From positions 36,580,001 to 36,644,000 of the forward strand of contig NC_083278.1 in the NCBI RefSeq assembly GCF_963506605.1: a DNA stretch of 64,000 nt. The letters run 5' to 3'. This DNA is from Zootoca vivipara (lineage: Eukaryota). The notes beneath the pieces were generated by a model. That model was given only the letters and a program-made list of their open reading frames with translations. It did no database searches and was not told the DNA's origin. The translations under genes were made by a program, and so were the position numbers. The stretch's first letter is position 1, and each line of letters begins with the position of its first letter. Below, piece by piece: positions 39,501-52,600 of this stretch.

Positions 39501-42500
39501 TCCTCCTTACAACATCACTTTCATAATTCTGTTTTCCATGTTTTTAGGACTATATTCACAAAGCTATTCCTGGTGGATAGATATCACTGAAGACTTGTGG
39601 TGAACTTTGTACTAATCTGTTTATTTACAAATGAACGGCATCAAAGTGTGTTAACCTGAATATATTTTCTTTGATCCTTCTCCGTGTTCTAGGGCCATCT
39701 TCCCCAATGGCTGAAGCTAACAGGAGTTATTGTCCAAAAACATATGGAGGGACCAAGCTGGGGAAGGCTGCTATAAGGACAAAGCCCTGAACTCTTCCCA
39801 ACCTTCAATTTAATGAGTGCTCGTGATGGTCCTTTTTGCCAAGCTGCTTCATCAGTCTTGCTGTGGTACAATATTCACAGCTGTTCAGCCCTGTATCCTC
39901 AAAAAGCTGGCTTCACATAGCTTTTTTCTATATTCCTTGGTCACTTTTTATTTATTTATTTTAAAAAATATTCCATTTGCAACCAAAGCACACATGCTAG
40001 CTATTGTCACTCTTCTACCACTTGTATTTATGACATAAGAATCCTGTGGTTTAGCAGTGCTAACTTCTAAGAGAAGAACAATCCATATATCAGGCATCCC
40101 CAAACTGCAGCCCTCCAGATGTTTTGGCCTACAACTCCCATGATCCCTAGCTAACAGGATCAGTGGTTGGGGAAGATGGGAATTGTAGTCCAAAACATCT
40201 GGAGGGCCGAAGTTTGGGGATGCCTGCCATATATGTTGGTTCAGTACCACTGAAACCAAAGAATCTAAATTTGTTTAAGATGGGAAATAATTTTACATAT
40301 CAGGAACTCAGGCATCTGATCGCTCCTTAATAATGCTGCTGCAGGTGGTCATGCTTTAATACTCCACTTAAGCTATCTTCACATATTAGCTAAAATTCAC
40401 CTACCTCTTTCACGTCATCTTCCCCAGCTGCTTTGTATCTCAATATGTATTTCCGAACTTTCCCTGGAACACGTTCCCAAATGACTCTCATGCTGCTGTG
40501 AGTAATATCTCTTATCATCAGGCCTTTTGCTCCACTTAAAGGTACTGTTGAATAATCAGACATATCGGCAAGAATATTAAATGCCATCCCCCAAACAGGT
40601 TTATATTTTGGCAAAATTTATCTTTAAATCTCCTAGTCCATGTAACTTTTACATTCATATTAAAAATGAATTGAAGTGAGAATGCCAGCTTTCAAACAGA
40701 TTTTACAAGTTATTTAAACAATATGTAAACCAGATGCTTATGGAAGGTAAAAATGGGCAAGTATATATACAATAAGAAATGGTTATTCTAATAAAAGCCT
40801 TCAATTCTCCAGAGGGGGGGGGAGAACTATCATCTATTCCTAATACGCCTTATGCATGTGCTATATGAACAGCCATATCTAAAGGCTTCCCATGGAGAAT
40901 AACATGGTATGTGCCTTTTTCACAACATCTTTGGACAGTGATTGTCTTTTAGCAGCCAAGTTCTAAGCACTGTATGGGTACAGTAGCACTATCACGTTTT
41001 ATGTATCAGTGGAAGGGTTTAGTGACAATAATCCAAGCCCCTAGAATGTGTCTAAATAACTGAGTAATGGTATAACTATGCAGTGGTGGAGCTTCAAGCT
41101 CTGGCACCAGGGGCGGAGTGGAGGAGGGGGTGGGGCTGGTGCACATCCTGGGGGCGTGGCACACTGTCTCCAGGGGTCTGGCGCCCAGCGCGGGCGGGGT
41201 GGCAGCTGCGATGGCACCCCACTGGGATCGCGCTGCCAGTGAAATGTGCATAAGTGGGGAGAACCCTGAAGAGTCCTCATGGCTCATGAGGAGACCCTCC
41301 CCAGAGCCCAACAAGGACATCCTCTTTGGGCTCTGTTGGGAGTCTCCTCATGAGTCAGAGGAACAGCAGGGCTTTGTTGAGAGTGCTGACCCTTCCCGCC
41401 TAACAACTGAGGTGCGGCAAAGCAGCTCTTTCCTGCGTGTCAGCCTTTAGGTGGGGAGCCTCAACAAAGCCCTGCTGTGCCTCCAGCTCACGAGCAGACC
41501 CTCCATCCTCATTGGGCTCCAAGGAGGGCCCCTCATGAGCTGGAGAGGAATGCTGAGCCTCCCCTCCTAATGGCTAGTGCACAGGAAAGTGGCTGTTGCT
41601 GTTCTTGCTGTGCTACCCCACAAGTCAGATATTAGGCAGGGAGACTCAGCAGCCTCAACAAAGTCATGCAGCACATCCAGTTCATGAGAGCTGTGCATGT
41701 GCACAGTGGTGCGCGAGTGGCAAGTGAGAAGTTGCCTGTACACAAATCACAGTATACATTTAATATACTGAAGCATGGCATTACTAAACCAAGAGGAGGT
41801 AAATGTAAAACAAGCAAGATGTTCTTCCTACAGGTGACTTCCTGAGTGGTGAGTGGATCACTGATGAGGTCACCAAAAGCTGAATGAATTGTTAAAGTGT
41901 ATTCAGTGTTGGGAATCAGGTCAACCAGCTGTACATCATTCACTGATGCTCCAACGCGCATCTGGAAAAAGAGAAAAATAAACAAGGAAGTTTAGAAGAA
42001 GCCACTAGAAAGAAAAACAAAATGCTTGGGACTTTACATTGTTTTTTTTAAAAAAATCAGTTTCCATATTTAATAATGTATTTACAACTTCCTGACTGAT
42101 ATATCATTTTGTATATAACTTTCCAGTCAAGCTACTTTATTTTATAATCTATGCACACACAAAAATAAATGCCTCACTGCTTTGGCATATAGAAGCAAAT
42201 CCAGGTTCTGTCTGTCTGTCTGTCTGTTTGTCTCTCTTTCTTAAATATGTTGTTACCTGTTTCTCTGTTGCTGGTATTGTGGCATTGACAGGTTCATATA
42301 GCAGCACATAGCCAGTAGCTCCACTGACAGGTTCCCATCGCACGCGCATTGTTGTTGAGGTGATGTCATACGCATTCAAGTTTCTGACTGAAGGGATTGG
42401 CACTGCAGAACCATAAATGTGATTCAAATCAGTTATTTGTGTCCATAAACATATTTACATCTTCATTTTTGAAAACATGTTTGAACTTTCAGCTGGGGAG

Positions 42501-45500
42501 TAGCTTTTAGTTATTGTATTCTTTTTGCAGTAAACCAGGCCTGCACAACTTATAACCAACTAGTTTGAACACAGCCCACCAGCTGTACATACTGACCCAA
42601 CAGGGCTTAAGAAACCTCCTGTTTTTGCAGTCTCCCAAGGTTTGTAAGGACAGGGGAGATGTTAGGTACTTGGCAGGTTCTAATGCTTAGATAATAGTCT
42701 GAACTTGGGTTAGTGGGTCACAAACTGTACATGACTTTTGGTGAACAATGTTTTAATCCTATGAGAGCATAATACACGTAACTGTCTGGGATAGTTTCTC
42801 TCATCTGTTCTGGACTTAATCTACACAACCACAATCCCAAATTGGTAAATCTGAACTGTATATTGACAAAGCTGAATCACACTCTCAGGGTCACCCAGCT
42901 TGATTGGCCCTCATCCTTTTCATAACTCTACCCTCCGGACTGAAAAACCAAAAGTCTCCTATCATATTGCTTATAATTGTTGGATTTTTATCATAGAATA
43001 TTAAGTACCCAATGTTCTCTTTCTCATCTTAGGCTCCTTCTTCAACATATGTTTAAAGTAGAGTCATACCACTTTAATCAGTCATGGCTTCCCCCCAAAG
43101 AATCCTGGGGACTGTAGTTTGTTAAGGGTGCTGAGACTTGTTAGGAGACCCCCTATTCCCCTCACAGAGCTACAGTTCCCAGAGTGAATCATTTTGTTGT
43201 TCAGTAAGGTAATGTCTATCTACAAAGGAGGTTGCAATTTTTAAAAATATCCATAGAGGTTTTTTATATGCTTGGAGTTCTCATCTCCACTCCATATTCC
43301 CACAAACATTCTATTCAGAACTTTGTTTTAAAAACAGTTTGGAAGTTTTATGAATTATTACATATCTTAATTGAATTTGAATTGACACTTACAAGTCGTA
43401 TCATCGCCCTCTAGAGGTATGCTACTGGTACCTTCTACCACAGAAAATACATTCACAACATACTTTGTTTCGGGCTTGAGGCCAGTCAGAACTGTAGTCG
43501 TCTCCGAACGACTTACAAAGACCTACAAGAAACAGGAGACATAATTGTGCATAAATCTATCTACTGCTATTTTTATCTCTGTTCTTGGCCCTGATAGAAC
43601 AAAAGCAACTTCTAGTAAAGACACTCACACAGGACATTCACTGCCTTCACTGGTTCCAATTTAAAAGAGGTAGAGCTGGGGATCATCCGCATACTGGTGA
43701 ACACCCAGCCCAACCCCCCAACCCCAAAATGATCTCTTCCAGCGGCTTCATATAGATATTGAAAAGCATGGGGGAGAAGACAGAGCCCTGAGGCACCCCA
43801 CAAGTGAGAGCCAAGGGGTCTGAACATTTATCCCCCAGCACTACTTCCTGGACACGGCCCAGGAGGAAGGAGCAGAGCCACTGCAAAATCACTGCAGGAG
43901 AAGCCAGTGGTATATACAAACATAAATAAAATAATAAAATTGGATGTCCAGTTCTGACCTCCTTTCGTGCGCCTCCAGCTGCAGGATAATATTCAACCCT
44001 GTATCTATCAACGCTCTCAGTAGGTGGTGTCCATGATACTCTGAAGGAATAAGGTGTCTCTTCAGAGGTTTTTAGGTTGGTTGGCGGTAGTGCCAAATCA
44101 GCTGTGATGCAAAAAAAAGCAAAAAAAAGAGCAACAGTACTATAAAATCTTCATTAGGAAGGTTACCAAAGAAGGAAATGCAAAACAATAATATACGTCA
44201 ACTCAACTTGTTTTTACTTAAGTATTGGATCCATTTACTTACTGAACTGAAATGTATATGATTCATATGCATAAAATAATTTATAGTAAAATATGATGCA
44301 TTCTTTAATCTGTGGTAATCAAACTTGAGATGTTATGGCAAACCTAAGTCCATGCACTAAGAAGCTGCAGCCAGTAAAAACTTCAGAGCAAAAAAACCAA
44401 TTGATGTGCCAAAATCACAAATGACATGCTGAGGAAATGTTATTTCATATATTTTATTCTGTGCAGGACTTGTTGTAACATTTGAATTTGGCCTTTTATC
44501 TTGTTAAATAACATGCCAACAGATGCTCCTGAGTATCTCTGTCTTAAAACAGCTACGGAATATATTTTCCTCCCAAGGAACTTTTCTCTTATTACTTTGT
44601 GAAGGAGTCACCAGTTCAGTACAACTCCTTCCTGGACTGTGAAACTAAACACTGGTGACTTGGGTAATGTGGGAGAAGTCCATCATATGACTTGCTATCA
44701 CTCAGCATTTCCCCATTCACAGAAAATGTGGTAATGCTGGCATGTGTGAAGGGCTGCCACACTGCTACTTCTCACATGATCCAGAGCTTCAGATGTTACC
44801 TGAGAGCTGCAGAAAGCAGATGGGGCTTTAACAGCTAGCACACCATGGGGGTAATACAAAAACAAAGTTCCAAGTAAATAATTTAGGAAAATGCAGCAGG
44901 CATCATATAAAAGGTAAAAAGAAGTTGAAAACGAAACTGGAAAGAGAAACATACCTGGACCTCTTACACTATTGCATAAATTATTAGTGAGGTCATCAAT
45001 AATCGTAACAAGGAGGCCAAAATCTCCAACATTGTAAACATGAATGTTATCGGGGTCTGTTGCGATCTGCTTCAGTTCATTCTCATCAGCATTTTTGATA
45101 CCTTAAAAAGGTGACAAAATTAAAACATTTTAAAATAACTTAGGCATGTTCATTAGACTGTTTCCCAATTTGTATAAAGGAAAATGAGTGATTTAGTTTT
45201 CCAACCAACTTCTATATTTCCCACCTCTCCACATAATACTCACCAACAGCATACAGCTCCACTCCCAAATCTCTCAGTGACTGAGATGGCACAACTATAT
45301 CATCTTGTGATTTGCCATCTGTGATGAGGACACCAATTTTGCGAGCTCCGGGCCTCATGCCAGCTTCTGTCTTAAAGTTGTTGCTTAAGATGAACTTCAA
45401 AGCATCTCCTGAAATCACAGCACACACAGGTACCCATTGTTCATTAGCCACAGATTCCAGCATAGAGGGTAAACCTCCCTAAAGTAGGATAGGTACCTTC

Positions 45501-48500
45501 ATTAAGAGACACTTAAGCTTTGCCCTAAGTAGTTACTTCATTCCAGCTGTTATGGTTACCACTCATAGGTAAAGGACCCCTGGATGGTTAAGTCCAGTTA
45601 AACTTGACTATAGGGTGTGGTGCTCATCTCGCTTCAGGCTGAGGGAGCCAGCGTTTGTCCACAGTTTTCCGAGTCATGTGGCCAGGATGACATTGCGCTT
45701 CAGGTGAAATGGGACACTGTGACGAGTGTTGGCTCCCACACGGAAATGTTATTTATTTTCCTGCAGCAGTGGTACCTATTTATCTACTTGCACTGGCAAG
45801 ACAACTTTCTGCCTGGTAACTCCTAGTTTGGAGATCACTTATACAGAGTAAGATTATGCAGTGATGCTCCCTGTGAGATGTCTGTAGCACAGGCATTTTT
45901 GTTGTTGTTCCTTAAGGGCTACTATAGGGGACTGAAGGTCTTGGCCGAGGAAATTGGGGGAGCGTTCTGAAGAGATTCTGTGGAGTGTTGTTTGAAGAGA
46001 CTGAGTGGCAGCAGATAAACTGAGGAGATTAAAGGAACACTTCTTTGTCCACTCTATAAAGTCAGTATAATATATTCAAAACAAAAAATCTTTTCAGACC
46101 ATACAACATTGTATTCATTTCCCCAGTGTACCTTATGAGGAATTCAGCAGCAGAATGTTACCTGTGAGGGTGTTCCCTCCTTTATAAGGCAAGTTGACAA
46201 CAGCATCCAGCAAACTCTGTTTGGTTTTGTGTGCATTGAGGTTCCATTCTGTTCTAGGAGATCCACTATACTGTGCAAGAGCTGGGAGAGAAATATAATT
46301 TAGTTGCCAAAGGTCCCGAAACAGCAACACCCCCCAAATTATTTCAGGACATTCAGGCTTACCAATCTGCACTTTGTCGGGACCAATGTCAAATACTTCA
46401 ACAATGCGACCAATGAAGTTTCTGATTGTTTTAAAATTTTGCCGGCCAATGCTCCACGAGCCATCCACCAGCAACACAATATCTGCTTCTGCTTTGGTTT
46501 TGCATTCCAGGCCTGTCACAGCAATCAAAATACAAGTGTGTTAGTTGCAGCAAACAAACAGCTGTTCTCTATCCTATCCTCTTTTACATTGTCCAGCATG
46601 CATGGCTTAAGTAACTGACTAGTGTTCTTCTATATACATTGGAACTTAAAGTCGTTAGGAGCATTCCATAGTGCTACCAATAACACTTCCGAGATTATGT
46701 ATTATTAATATTTGCTTTAAAAGATGTGCTGTGAAGCATATTCTGGTGAGCACTGCCCATAACACTGACATGATCTATTAGAATATTACTTAGCCTGGGC
46801 CCAAGTGCAGTGAGAATCAACACACCTAAATTATTGAACAACTAAATAAACTTAAGTTAGATAGCCAATGACAATGACTACTTCAAAATTGCACATCTTC
46901 TCCAATTAAATATGTGTGAGCTTTGATAAAATCAAAGAATCTTTAGAAATTAGCCCATATACTTAATATGTGGAGATAAATGATGAAATTAATTTTATAC
47001 TGTTTTGTGGTCTGTTAATGAAGATGGTGCAGACTTTTACACATTTAACACAACAAGAGAAAGAACACAACACGTATAAGATACAGAAACACACATAGAC
47101 ACAAAAGAATCAGAAGTGACAAAAACAAACATTTATACAAAGTTTTAAATGCTTCAGAGAGAAAGTAAATAAAATATTGGGGACCGTCCACTTGTAGGAT
47201 AAAAATAAGAACTGCTTTCTACATGCTGAAAATCACAGTGTGTTTATACAAAGCAGAAAGACACAAGGGTTTAAATGATCCTTTCATTAGCCGTTTGAAT
47301 GGGTGTATGTGTGCTCTTCCTCCTTTTTTCCTCTGCAGATCATGTTACCAGCAGCAAAACCTTCTGGCTTCATGCCATCATAGCTTCTGGTCTTTACATG
47401 GAAGAAATCTCACTGAGTAAAATCAGGCACACTCATCAGAGTGATTTCATCTATGTTCCACATTATTGATCCAAAACTGTAGATTCATGAATAGAACTAT
47501 TCCAGGTACCTGAGGATTTAAAAGCATGATCCTCTTCTGCATAGAAAATACAACACTAGTCTTTAATCAACACAATCATAAATCATGAAATAGGGTATAT
47601 ATTAAAGTTCATGCACTTGCTAACACTGTTCAGGATTCAAAGAGCCTTGTGTGAGAGGAGGGGACCAGAAAAGCCCTGATAATTATGAATGTAAAGCAAC
47701 ACACACAGGTGTCTGGAGTCTGGCCTTAATTTTAAACATTGGAAATATCAATCCCATCAAATCTTTTGTAAATTTAGCCTCCAACCAGAAAGCCATGGCA
47801 GAAAGTCTATATGTTTTAATACAATACATGCAGCATATGGATTTTTATGAGCACAATTTTCCATAAAGGCTGCCACTTTACCTCATTTATTTAAAAAAGA
47901 AAGAAAGAAAAGCATCTCAGATTGTAGGGAATAACTGCAGGAATAAAGGGAAATTGCAATGATTTAAGCGGGGTATTATCCTGCCAACATCAGGAACTTG
48001 TTAGGGCGCACTCATTTCAATGGGAGAGAGTTAAGTAGTGCTCAACTACATTTTACTCAAAGCGGACCCACACAGATTGACGTAAGTCATGTTCATTCAT
48101 TTCAATTAGCCTACTCTAAGTAAAACTTAGTCAAATAGCAGCCCATATGCTTAACTGTCCCCCTAAGAATAAATAAGACTGAAAAATGCCTAATTTTAGC
48201 CAGACTGTACCTACTGAGTTGGATCCAAGGGTTCCCTCCTGTAAAGGATGGACTTTTCCATTCTCAAAAGTATTCTTTCCTCCATAAGAATGGAACACAG
48301 CATAACTCAGTATAAGTGACTTTAATGGAATTAATGAACCCTGCATTTCTTTCACTCCCTTCAAAGGAGGAATTCATTTTTCTGCCTCTTTTGCAGGGAG
48401 CAAGAGAACTTTGCAAACAAAAAACAAAAAACAAAAAACAAATCATAGGATGGAGGTGAGGACTGCATTTAGCTTATCATGTCAGTCAGGTGGCCAATGG

Positions 48501-48722
48501 GTCTTGTCTATTGTTGTTGTTGCGCTTGCTGCTTCGCTTTGAAAGGCTTTAAGAAAGTCCTACTCTCACTTGTAGTGGCATTGTAGTGGGGCTTTAACAA
48601 ACTGCCTTCCAGCCTGCGATGTAACCATGCAACAGCACACAGTCAGATTTTGATTATATATATTTTACTTTATTTTACTTATATACCACTTAATTCCAGA
48701 ATGGGCTTCTAAGATGTTTACA

Positions 48723-48757
<35 letters not shown>

Positions 48758-49632
48758 CTTCTGGGCTGAAAGGCTGCTTGCAAAAAGCCCTGCAAGTGAG
48801 AGGGGGTGGGGGCCTTTCCTAACACTGCTAGATGCAATCCCCGCTGCTACACACACATACATGCCTGTTCTATGAATTTTGTTCAAGTTTCACTTTTTGA
48901 AAATATGTTCATGGCCACCCACACCCTCTTGAGGGGAGGCACTGTGAAGTTTCAGCACATTGTTCATTTTCTGTATGGAGGAGTTAACTACTATTTCCCA
49001 TTTTACTATATACCTCCTGACAATGTTTCAGTTTTGGCCAGTGAATTATTGTACAGTGCTATCCTATGCACGCTTACTCAGAAGCTGCACTGTGTGGACT
49101 GGGGCTTACTCCCTAGAAAATGGATTTAAGATTGCACTATCAAGCAGATACAATGCAGAAACAGTCCTGGATCCAAAGAACCGAAGAAAGTAATTCCAGA
49201 TATCCATGTTTGCTTTGAGTTTTTCAAACACTTGCCATAGAGTAAGCCTCTTGAAAATTAGGGGAATGTTCAAACATGTTCAAACATTCACCACATAGGT
49301 CAAAGAATTTTTTTAAAAATTCAGTGGGTGGAATCATTGGACACAATAGCTGTTTGGATCCTGGCCAAATTTTATTCACCCTAAATCAGGCATAGACAAA
49401 CTCAGCCCTCAGATGTTTTAGGACTACAACTCCCACCATCCCTGACCACTGGTCCTGTTAGCTAGGGATGATGGGAGTTTTTGTAGTCCCAAAACATCTG
49501 GAGGGCCAAGTTTGCCTGTGCCTTCCCTGAATTCTGTGAAAGGCTTCAAAATCCTTCCCACAGCATTTTCTAATTTCCAGAGAAAAGGACAGTGGTGGCA
49601 CCATATGGGCTGCTCATTGACTCCATATAGTG

Positions 49633-49674
<42 letters not shown>

Positions 49675-52600
49675 ATCATGTATTTGACAATGCATGAGTA
49701 ACTATATAAGTCTGCATAGCTATAATGTGAAATGGGGCAATAATCTTTTAAAAGTCTTTACAAACAAGAGAGACCCTTTTCATAAAAATGGAAACTAACG
49801 GGGAGGGAAGTTATCTTTAAAAAGTGGTCTTCATGAAAAGCAGCCTTTTCTTTTTGCAATTAACCCTGCAAGTAAATAACTGTATCAATTAATTATGTTG
49901 AAAACAGTTTGCTTTACCAGTTTTATAAAAGATCTACAACTAGAATATCCAAATAAGAAACGGGCTTCTCATTAAAACCATATTTACCTTCAGCTAAAAA
50001 GGGCACCTCAGCAGTATCAGAAAGGGTAGTCATTTCTTCTCCAATCAGTGGTGCACTTTCACCTCCTTCAAACATTCCAAAAACATTGACTTTGTAGGAA
50101 GTACCTGCCCTGCATGATTTAAATGCATATATGAAGCAAATTAGACTATGAATGGATGGCTCACATTGACACCTTTATAGATTTATTCATTCTGGTTTTT
50201 TTCTGCCATTTCTCAAATGAGCTCAGGGCAGAATACATGGCTCCCTCCCTACTGATTTTACCCTGAGAAGGATATGAGGTGGGTTAGGCTGGCCCAAGAT
50301 CTTCGAAAAAGCTTTGTGACCAAGTGTGAATTGGAACCTGGGTCTTCTTGAAACACTACACTAAAGTACAATGATTCTCCCTGTCATGGATTTTTAAGGC
50401 AGGGTAAGTCTTTAGGAGCTGAAATCTAAAGCTGTCTTTTCTCACAGGAACTCCTTTCCGGCACCTCTCAGGTGAGTGCCATTGCCATTCTAAGAGAACA
50501 AGGGAGGTGTTCATTGTGAGTTCTGGCACCTCTTTTTCTAGAAAAATGGCACTGAGTAAGAAACTATTATTGAAGCAAGAGATTGGTCCTTACAACTGAA
50601 TATCTATAGCTATATTGTCTATATCTCCTAGCTTTGAGTCAACCTTGACCATCAAGACAAGCTAACAACTACTACAGACCTAGCAGAAAGGTTTTACAAG
50701 CTTTCTTGAGGGTCATATTTTAATTCATTTATTTGAATTGTATATCTACCATGCCTTTCTGCCTTTGGCATCTAATGAAATAGACTTTAAAAATAAACAT
50801 AGGATGATATAATTGGTATTATATGCTGAAAGAGATGCAGGAGACTGAAAAATACCTATAGAGGAAAAAATACTGATAAGGAAAGATATTATGAGTGGCA
50901 ATACCTGAGCTCCTCCAATACAACAGTGTTGTCATATGGTCCAACTATTAATTCTCCAAGGCGCCTGTTTTCTCCAGTTGGATGGAAAGTTACTTTATAA
51001 CCCCTCACTTCACCAGGGGCTGGCTCCCAGGTTACGCGGAAACTTGACATCGTAGAATCAGAAGTGTGCAGATTTCTGGGAGGTTTAAATGGGGAAGCTG
51101 CAACAGTCAAACAACACCCAAGAAATTAAGTGTTTGCTATATTCAACCATAAAACCCTCATTTCAGTTCTTAAAAAGTGAATGCACCTGTATGTTTTGTC
51201 CTAACAGCCCAAGAAAATTGGTTCCAAGGAGTTGAGGGATCCTCCAGAACAGGGTAGAATGTGGCATAGGAGGAAAGAGATATGGTAAAAAAAAGGAAAA
51301 ATCCCCTCCCTTTCTCTTCTATTACCAGATCCCTCTACTGGATCAAAAGCCCCTGCATATGCACAATATTACCAAATGGATTCCACCATAGCCCCCCCCC
51401 CACAGACACACATTATGATTGTTAAATGAGCAAAGCTATGGGAGATGGTGCTATCACTCATTATAGCTGCTATAAGTGATTACTTTAAAAAGTTGTATAC
51501 ATTTTAGGTTTTCATTGAAATGTCACAGACTGTAACTGTTACATTCTATGCTTCATGTGAAGTGGGCTCTAATCTGTGACCTCTTATGTTTTCTGTTCAC
51601 CTTTAAGGTGCCACAAAACTCTCAACCGTTCTAATTTTTGAAGCAATTCAGATGACCTAATCATTGCCATGCCAAGAGAAACAGGAGCAGAGAACCAGTC
51701 TCTAAAGTTCCAAAACATTTAGAGCACCTTAAGGCTAGTTAACACTCATAATCAATTTCGCACTGTATCTGGAAACTGGCAAGCAGTGCAGCCAATGCAG
51801 ATTAAAGAACACTGGAATAATATACTACTGGTTTAACAAGCAATACGGTAGATTCCTTCCTGAGCCAATTTTTCCTGGTGGGTTGGATGCTATCTCATTT
51901 GCAGTTTGTTTGTTTTTTAGCTAAAAGGGCAGCAATCTAATCTCAAAGAGCAAAAGCCAAGGATTCTAGTAGGGGATGAAACAGGCACCTTCTTGTGCTA
52001 AACTCAGAGTTTTAGATAATGTGAGCCCACTTCCTGTTTCACTGATAGCAAGACATAATTATAACATCCTACCTTTCAAACCACTCTTACGGCAAAAGGC
52101 CGCTCTATTAATAGCTCCTATGATCATTCATAATCAGAGCCTCTGAAAGAAGGGCATCAAACCTAGCTCTCTAGTGGAAAGCCATTTAAAAATATTCGTT
52201 CATTCATTCATTCTTTGGCTGAAGCAGCCTCAATAGAAGTTTAACATAAACATCACTTAATTTCTAAGATCAGAGGTGTGAGGGTTCAAGACCCTGTGGA
52301 AGTTGCTCTGTAAAATACTTTCTCCAGGTGTGTGTTAAGGGCTGGTTACCAGGAGAACCTGCTCAAGTTATCTGTCCTTTATTCATAATTTATACGTATT
52401 CCATTGCGGAGCCCTGGAACTGAAAATGTTCCTGAGATTAAGTGTTACTGAATTATTCTGGCTCAGATTGAAAGTTTTGAGCAACACTAAAACTCCATAC
52501 AAAACAGTTAGAAATCCAAGTACGTAATTTCTAATTGCCACACGGTCAAGCAGCTTCCCATACTGCTAAATAAGGTATGCAGGAAGCAGTACTTTAAAAA

